DNA of 64,000 bases from Octopus vulgaris (taxonomy: Eukaryota): NCBI GenBank assembly GCA_951406725.2, contig OX597814.1, forward strand, positions 99,696,001 through 99,760,000, written 5' to 3'. Below, one piece after another: positions 56,476-64,000 of the stretch. The position numbers and the translations under genes were made by a program. The notes beneath the pieces are model-generated. The model was not told the DNA's origin. It searched no databases and saw nothing but the letters and a program-made list of their open reading frames with translations. Positions within the stretch are counted from its first letter, which is position 1, and each line of letters opens with the position of its first letter.

Positions 56476-57099
56476 ATATATTTCGATCGAATCCCCAAAG
56501 GGGATCTCCTAACGATAATGTAAACTTCATACAATCAATGTATCCTTAGCCTAAAAAATAACTTGCGATCTACCCCACATTTGGATAACTTGGTATTTCC
56601 GAGGTTCCGCTCGCTATAAAACATACGTAGCCTAGATCTTATCTAGTCCATTCAGCTAGTTTTTGGACACGCATACACACACACACACGCGCAGGCACAT
56701 ACACACACACACACACACACACGCAGGCACATACACACACGCACACACACAATTGAAGAAATTGAAGTCAACAAGAAGGAGTACGGTTCGACAGTTATCT
56801 TTTCATCACTACAATTCTTTCCACACAACTTGGTTCTCCAAAATTACAGGTACGGTAATCCTTCGACTATTGCCGGTATTACGTTCCAAAAACCCTCGCG
56901 ATACGTGAAGATCTGCAAAGTAGAAAGAGTACTGTACTGTATATTTTTAAAATTACATTTAAAATTTGTATAAATTTATTTTATTATAATGCAAAACACA
57001 CCACGGAGGAATCTACGCAAACTTAAATAATAAACCGCAGTAGGTGATATGGCGTGGGATAACTGTATTTGATTATGTTTTTTTTTGTTGTTGTTGTTG

Positions 57100-57660
57100 T
57101 TGTTCATAACGACATCCACTTGTGTTTCCTCTGGTGACATTCAAGGGCTGTCTCCGTTAGTTTAAAATCTTCGACTTCAAGGTCATCCCATCCGTCCGTC
57201 TTTGTTTGAATTAATTATCTGTGTATTTATTATGTTTGCAGGATCCACTATCGTCATATGTTGTGGTGTGCGCTATTGCTCCATTCTAGTTTTCTATTCA
57301 GGCTAGGTTTATTTTCTATTATATGTGTAGCTTCTGTAATTTGTCTAAATGTTGCATCTGTTCTATGTGTGGACAATATCTTAATCTCTATGTTATTGAT
57401 TGATCCCCCCGTGTTCTTGTTCAGCGTGTTGGTACAGAATCGATGAGCTTTTACCTTCCTTGAGTTGTCTCCAATGTTCATTCACCCGCTCACCAATGCT
57501 TCTTGCTGTTTCCCCTACGTATGTTACTGTCTTGTTACTGCATCGTCCCTCTATACATCTTATACTATAGACCACATTTCTGGCTTTACAGTTTGTTTGT
57601 GGGCTAAATCTACATACAGTGCAATAGTTATCCGTACAGAGAATTCTACTAAAGGGATAA
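57100..57660 (-). mobile_element. PLE 3' fragment: GIY-YIG endonuclease of a second PLE lineage
   Basis: CxxxxCxxC..CKARNVVYSIRC..YVGETARSIGERVNEH..HAEQEH..RQITEATHI..PSLNRKLEW, with one frameshift at the G/C run at ~57406-57411. Confidence 0.82.
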
Positions 57661-58211
57661 TAAATACACAGATAATTAAAGAAATAGAAATGAATAACTA
57701 TATATATGTATATGTGTATGTATATGTGTATATGTGTGTGTATGTGTGTATATATATGTGTATGTATATGTATATGTGTGTGTATGTGTATATATATGTA
57801 TATGTATGTATGTATATATGTATATGTATATATATATGTATATGTATGTATATGTATGTGTATATATATATATTTTTTTTTTCTTTTTTTTTTTCAATTA
57901 GATTTATTATTATTATTACTAATTTTGTTGTTATACATACATACAAGCATATGTAATGATAATAATAGGTGGATGTAAACACATGAACAAAATTAGAACA
58001 AAAGCAACAACAACAAAAACAAAATACAAATTACAAGAATGTATATAACCAGAAGATACAAATATTACAGGCATCCCCCTCACACACACACTAAATAAAC
58101 ATAGACGCACATAGAGATATAAGCATGCGCAAATGAAGACATACAATAGAAATACAAAATGGCTGACGGTTAGTAAGGAGAGACACAAGTAAGTGAGAAG
58201 AAAACAAAGGA

Positions 58212-58251
58212 CCACTGATGCGGTCACAGGAGTGTGACGAAAGAACTTTGG
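58212..58251 (+). ncRNA. Minimal hammerhead-like motif
   Basis: CCA-CTGATGC-G-GTCACA ggag TGTGAC-GAAA-GAACTT-TGG: stem I CCA/TGG, 6-bp stem II, core with A9>C. Confidence 0.55.
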
Positions 58252-58428
58252 CCGAAATAAGATTAAGATTAATGTAAAAAATAAATATCACTGAAGCAAA
58301 ATAACACCAAATATATAGTGCGTGTGTTTTTATTGGCTAAACTGGCAATATGACCATTCCGAAATATAACAATATCTGTTTCAACACACGACTTCACATA
58401 AAAAATCTTGCACAACAAATATTTAAAC

Positions 58429-58478
<50 letters not shown>

Positions 58479-58480
<2 letters not shown>

Positions 58481-60221
58481 CGCCGAGGCATTCCGCCAAC
58501 TCAATGACACCTCCTTCTATTCCCCTCTGCCCTCTAACCCCACACGTAGCTACCAACAGACGGTATCCTCTACTGTCCGCGACCTCATCTCGTCCTCCCG
58601 TCTCCCCCGCACCGCATCCAACCTAATTGTGCGAACCCCACGTACCCCCACCATTTACTTCCTCCCCCAAATCCACAAACCCAACAACCCTGGCCGCCCC
58701 ATCGTCTCCGCCTGTAACTGCCCCACGGAGCTCATCTCTAAATACCTCGACCGTGTCCTTGCCCCCCTAGTGGCATCTCTTCCCTCCCACATCCACGATA
58801 CCAACCATGCTCTCCGGCTTTTCAACTCTTTCTCCTTTCCTCCCGGCTCCTCCAAAATCCTTTTTACTATGGACATCCAAAGCCTCTATACTATTATCCC
58901 TCACCACGAAGGACTGCAGGCCCTTCGACACTTTCTTGACCTCCGCTCTAACCCTGTACCTGACACCTCCACACTCATTCGTCTGGCCGAACTTGTCCTT
59001 ACTCTGAACTGCTTCTCGTTCGCGGGCGAGTTCTACCATCAGTTCTCGGGAGTGGCCATGGGAACGCGAATGGGCCCCAACTATGCGAACCTGTTCGTTG
59101 GCTATGTTGAGGCCCAAATATTCTCTAATTTCACTGGTCCCACTCCTGAACTATATGGTCGTTACATTGACGACATTATCGGTGCCACCTCACTCTCCCG
59201 TGAACATCTAGATTCCTTCCTCTCTTTCGTCCAATCTTTCCATCCAGCCCTCCACTTCACTTCCACTATCTCCAACACCTCTGTCTCCTTCCTCGACATT
59301 TCGGTTAGCATTCTTCACTCCACTCTTACCACCTCCATTCACTACAAACACACAGACTCATACTCATACCTCAACTTCTCTTCCTCCCACCCAGAACACA
59401 CCAAGCTTTCCATCCCCTATTCCCAATTCCTCCGTCTACGTAGGCTCTGTATTGACGACCATGACTTTGAGACTAAGTCTCAACGTATGGCTCACCACTT
59501 CACCCTACGTGGATACCCCCTCACCACTATCCACACCGCCCTTGCCAGAGCACGGTCCGTGGACCGTGTATCTGCTCTCTCTCCCCGAACCTGCCCTGTA
59601 GTCTCCCGCCTCCCTTTTCCCCTCACTTACCACCCCACGACCCTACGTCTCCAACGCACCATTCTTCGAGCTTTCCGTCATCTCCAGTCCGACCCGTCCA
59701 CTTCACACCTCTTCCCTAACCGACCCCTCCCCTCTTTCAAACGAGCCCACAACCTTCGAGACCTTTTGGTCCATAGCTCCTTCCCTGACCCTACCTCCCA
59801 ACCCGGCTCGTTCCCCTGCTCCCGCCCACGTTGCCGCACTTGCCCTTACCTCTCCAACACCACCCGCCTCACTAGCACCCACCATCGACCCTATCCCATC
59901 ATCCACTCCTTCACCTGCACCTCCAGCAATATTATCTATTGCGTCTCTTGCTCTCTCTGCAATTCCTTGTACATCGGACAAACGGGACGCCGCTTGGCTG
60001 ACCGGTTCGCGGAACACCTTCGTGACATCCACCTTGCGAACGACACACCGGTCTCACGCCATTTCCGCTCCACTGGTCACTCCTTGCAACACCTATCTGT
60101 GTTCGGTTTGTCCTTACACAGAGGCCATCCGGATTCCCGTTTGCGCCGTGAACAGGATTTAATCTTCTCTCTTCGCTCTTATACGCCATTTGGTCTCAAC
60201 TCTCCCCACCTCCTCATCTAA
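58479..60221 (+). CDS. PLE reverse transcriptase-GIY-YIG polyprotein (partial, no start codon)
   Basis: YFLPQIHK..GRPIVS, MDIQSLYT, GVAMGTRMGPNYANLF, RYIDD, FLDI, HYKHTD..SSSHP; CSRPRCRTC; NIIYCVSCSLC..YIGQTGR..RFAEH..HF..H..LN. About 580 codons without a stop. Confidence 0.9.
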
Positions 60222-60763
60222 CCCCCCTCTCCCCCCTCCTCATCTATCCTTCATCCTTTCACCCCTACTCCCCTTCCCTTCTTCCCTCTTTCTCCCTCCC
60301 TCCTTCCCTCTTCCTTCTGCTCCCTCACTCCCCTTCTCTCTCCCCCTCCCCCTCTCTCCCCCTCTTTCCCCCTCCCCTCCTCCTCCCCTTCCTTCTCCCC
60401 TCCTCTCTCTCTCTCCCCATCCTCTCCTCTTTCCCCTCTCCTCCCCTCTTATTCCCCTCACCTTCTCTCACCCCCCCTCTTCTCCCCCTCCCCCTCTTCT
60501 CACTACACCACACGACTTTACACATCACATCATATATGATGTGCCATACTAATACATACACCAACCCCATACATACGCCTGTCCAGACCTATCCTAGGGT
60601 CATTCAACCCTATTATCAACCCTATTATATCCCCTTATTTCGCTCTCGCGTCTCATGTTTGATCTTTGACCTCTGGCCGAAATCAGATCGCCATGTTGAT
60701 TCGTTAGTTACTGCACGCATTTTTTTTCTCTCCTTCTTTCTGTGTTTTTTTTCTCTCTGTGTA

Positions 60764-60801
60764 TCTTTCTGTTGAAGAGCGTAGGCTCGAAACGTTAAAG
60801 A
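60764..60801 (+). ncRNA. Minimal hammerhead motif in the PLE terminal repeat (core variant CUGUUGA)
   Basis: TCTTT-CTGTTGA-A-GAGC gtag GCTC-GAAA-CGTT-AAAGA. Confidence 0.6.
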
Positions 60802-60917
60802 CTTGTTTTATTTATATTTCCTGAGCGCCATACTAATACAATTGTTTGTTTTCCACCTGCCTTCGTCTTTTGTCTATTTTCATAAAGCTTCCCGTTATAT
60901 ATATATATATATATATA

Positions 60918-62257
60918 TATTAAGAACAATCTTACTTAGAAAGGGATGCGTGCGTTCTGTCATATAAAAATTTAATAAATAAATAAAATATATGCATTTA
61001 TACATACATATATGTACGTACCTACCTCTACATGTATATATTCATGCATATATGGGTACAAGACACCAAAAAAACGTCGAACACAATGAGAAACGAAAAC
61101 ATAAACACAAAACCAAGGAAATGGACTTTTTTTAAAAACAACGAAAAAATAGAGTACAGGACATACAAAACAAGGAAAATTCCCCTTCTTCAGTCGCCTT
61201 AATTTCATCTACTCCACATTTCGAAGGTCAAGGCGATACATGTCTTTAATGAAATTTTCCTTCCCGCGAAAATCAAAAAAACGTCGAACACAATGAGAAA
61301 TGAAAACATAAACACAAAGTCCTGTACCCATATATGCATGTATATATATACATGTAGAGGTAGGTACGTACATATATGTATGTATATATGCATATATTTT
61401 ATCTATTTATTAATTTTTTTATATGACAGAACGCACGCATCCCTTTCTAAGTAAGATTGTTCTTAATATTAATTGATGCGCACTCTTAAACTTTCTCTCC
61501 CCTCCCTTTCCCAGCCTTCATTATTTGGGCTTTCCTTTTCTTCCACTTACTGTCTCTCTCCCTCCCTCCCTCTCTCTCTCATTCTTCACTCTTTTCTTTT
61601 TCTCTACCACCATTCCCCTTCTTTTCTCTCTTTTCCCTCTTCTTTTCTCTCCCCTTCTCTTACTCCTCCTCCTCCTCCTCCTCCTCCTCCTCCCTCCCGT
61701 CGCGGTCACGTGATGAGACGGCTATTTCTATCTTTTCTTTTTTGAACTCCGTCAAGTAGAGACGTTAACCTGTTCTCTCTCGCGTCTCAAACAATAGCGT
61801 TCGTAAAAATTTTTTATCTCGTTTGGCTTAACAGCCCTTCTCGTTTGTGCTACTGTTATTCTCCGTGTCCTGTCTTTTACCGTTTATATTTTGTACTGTC
61901 GTTACTATCCTGTTTTTGTTACCATTTTTACCCCCCGCAAAAAAACCTCAAATTTTATTTAATTTGATTTTCGCGGGAAGGAAAATTTCATTGAAGAGAT
62001 GTATCGCCTTGACCTTCGAAACGTTGAGTAGATGAAATTAATCGACTGAAGAAGGGGAATTTTCCTTGTTTTGTATGTCCTGTACTCTATTTTTTCGTTG
62101 TTTTAAAAAAATGTCCATTTTCTTGGTTTTGTGTTTATGTTTTCGTTTCTCATTGTGTTCGACGTTTTTTTGGTGTCCTGTACCCATATATGCATGTATA
62201 TATACATGTAGAGGTAGGTACGTACATATATGTATGTATATATGCATATATTTTATT

Positions 62258-62262
<5 letters not shown>
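60918..62262. mobile_element. Non-coding PLE-derived element with nested inverted repeats, between (TA)n runs
   Basis: 60918-61062 is the reverse complement of 61319-61470. ~60975-61280 is the reverse complement of ~61960-62260. Internal polypyrimidine tract at 61490-61700. Confidence 0.75.
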
Positions 62263-62309
<47 letters not shown>

Positions 62310-62314
<5 letters not shown>

Positions 62315-62535
62315 TGTGTGTTTGTGTGTCTGTGTTTGTCCCCCCAACATCGCTTGACAACCGATGCTGGTGTGCTTACGCCCCCGTAACTTAGCGGTTC
62401 GGCATGAGAGACCGATAAAATAAGTACTAGGCTTCCAAAGAATAATTCCTGGGAGTTGATTTCCTCGACTAATGGCGGTACTCCAGCATGGCCGCAGTCA
62501 AATGACTGAAACAAGTAAAAGAGTAAAAGAGAGAG
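62310..62535 (+). mobile_element. 3' half of microsatellite-containing SINE
   Basis: Near-consensus tail GTTTGTCCCCCCAACATCGCTTGACAACCGATGCTGG..GAAACAAGTAAAAGAG. Confidence 0.85.
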
Positions 62536-62909
62536 TCTGATAAAATTTTTTTAGTCGATGGACATTTATTTTAGTTTATTTTTACCGGTACTTTTTGAAG
62601 TTTTAGCCGTTTGTATTTAACTTTTTGATGGGCCGTTCTATTTGCATTTTATTCTATTATATATATTTACCCACTATGATTTTATGCATATGTATTATTT
62701 TTTATGTGTTTGGGAACCATGGTGATTTTTTTAATATATGATCAAATGTTTGAGGGGAGATGTTTTATGTAAAGTCGTTGACACAAATTTAATGTTTTTT
62801 CTATAACCAATGCTTCTTTATCTTCTTCTCATCTATATTTGAGCACTTCTTTTGCAGTCCGATAAACACATTTGTTTCTATAAAAAGTGACAAATATTAT
62901 TTTTCTTGT

Positions 62910-62976
<67 letters not shown>

Positions 62977-62979
62977 ATT

Positions 62980-63118
62980 TATGTGTCTGTGTTTGTCCCT
63001 CCCCAACATCGTTTGGCAACCGATGCTGGCGTATTCACGTCCCCGTAACTTAGCGGTTCAGCAATAGACACCGATAGAATAAGTATTAGGCTTACAATCT
63101 TGGGGTTGAATTCCTCCC
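62980..63118 (+). mobile_element. Partial 3' half of microsatellite-containing SINE
   Basis: Same tail, truncated at (TA)n. Confidence 0.78.
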
Positions 63119-63151
<33 letters not shown>

Positions 63152-63159
63152 TATATACA

Positions 63160-63360
63160 CTCAATCCAAACAAGAAGAAGCTAGAAAAACAACAACACGA
63201 ATACGTTGTACAAGTTGTGTTATTGAACGCTCAGTAAAGCCAAGAAAAGAGAGAGGATTTCGCGTTTCGAACGGAACTCTTCATCAGAAATATAAAATAA
63301 GTCCAAAGACGGGAAGACGGAGAAAGAAAATCACCAACGATACACATGCGGTTACATATT
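63160..63360 (-). mobile_element. PLE 3'-terminus derivative (family of 3268) with hammerhead motif at 63257-63291
   Basis: Reverse complement ATTT-CTGATGA-A-GAGT tcc GTTC-GAAA-CGCG-AAAT: canonical CUGAUGA core, cleavage triplet lost. Abuts (TA)n. Confidence 0.65.
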
Positions 63361-63364
63361 ATCA

Positions 63365-64000
63365 CTCCCATATATGTATATATACATACCTACACAGCCA
63401 TACCTTCACTCATACATACATACATACCTACACACACGAACACTCACAGACACACACCCATACATACATACACCTATACACACACGCCTATGCACACACA
63501 CACATACATACATACACCCACACACATACACCCACACACATACACACACACATGCACACACACATACATACATACACCCACACACATACACATACACATA
63601 CGTACATACTCCTATACGCACATACATACACACAGACATACACACATACACACTCACACATACATACACACACACATACTTACACACACACTCGCCTGCC
63701 ACGCGCACACACATGCATGACTAACACCCATACACTCACACTCACATACACACACACCACACATATACACGCACACGCACACATACACGCACACACACAC
63801 CTACACTCCCACACACATACATACGCACCTACATACACACACACACGCATACACACGCACACACACGCATACATACATATATTACACACGTACACACACA
63901 CCTACATACACATGCATACACACACACAAACACACACGAACACACCCATACATACATACATACACCTATACACACACGCCCACACACCTACATACACACT
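63365..64000. repeat. CA/CATA-rich low-complexity tract
   Basis: Degenerate dinucleotide and tetranucleotide repeats. Confidence 0.9.

Larger units (their letters stand above)
58479..60895 (+). mobile_element. 5'-truncated Penelope-like retroelement (Neptune-like) inserted in (TA)n
   Basis: RT + C-terminal GIY-YIG ORF, polypyrimidine 3' tract, terminal repeat with HHR. (TA)n on both sides (58430-58478 and 60896-60920). Confidence 0.92.

Noticed and set aside
58350-58478. N-terminal extension of the 623-aa ORF
   Set aside because: Read-through of flank and (TA)n (YIYIYI). The PLE sequence starts at ~58479.

Overview
Animal genomic DNA that is AT-rich and saturated with microsatellites. The SINE families and repeat landscape suggest an octopod cephalopod (inference). 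No host protein-coding gene can be firmly supported, and almost all ORF-track entries are translated simple repeats. Recognisable content: (1) a tandem cluster of R4/Dong-type non-LTR retrotransposons (RT + CCHC + restriction-like endonuclease) in (AAT)n(AAG)n tracts at 12.6-17.1 kb, plus a minus-strand copy at 34.7-35.6 kb; (2) a 5'-truncated but uninterrupted Penelope-like element (PLE; RT + C-terminal GIY-YIG) at 58.5-60.9 kb inside a (TA)n run, plus GIY-YIG fragments at 10 kb and 57 kb; (3) many short PLE-terminus derivatives next to (TA)n runs, several in fold-back arrangement and carrying minimal hammerhead-ribozyme (HHR) motifs; (4) decayed mariner transposons, MITEs and Helitron-like pieces; (5) many tRNA-derived SINEs (Meta-, CORE- and V-domain-like). 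The most interesting signal is the set of (TA)n-associated, HHR-bearing PLE derivatives. Several distinct families repeat the layout 'HHR-like motif + second downstream CUGA motif'. All RNA structures were read by eye and none were computed.
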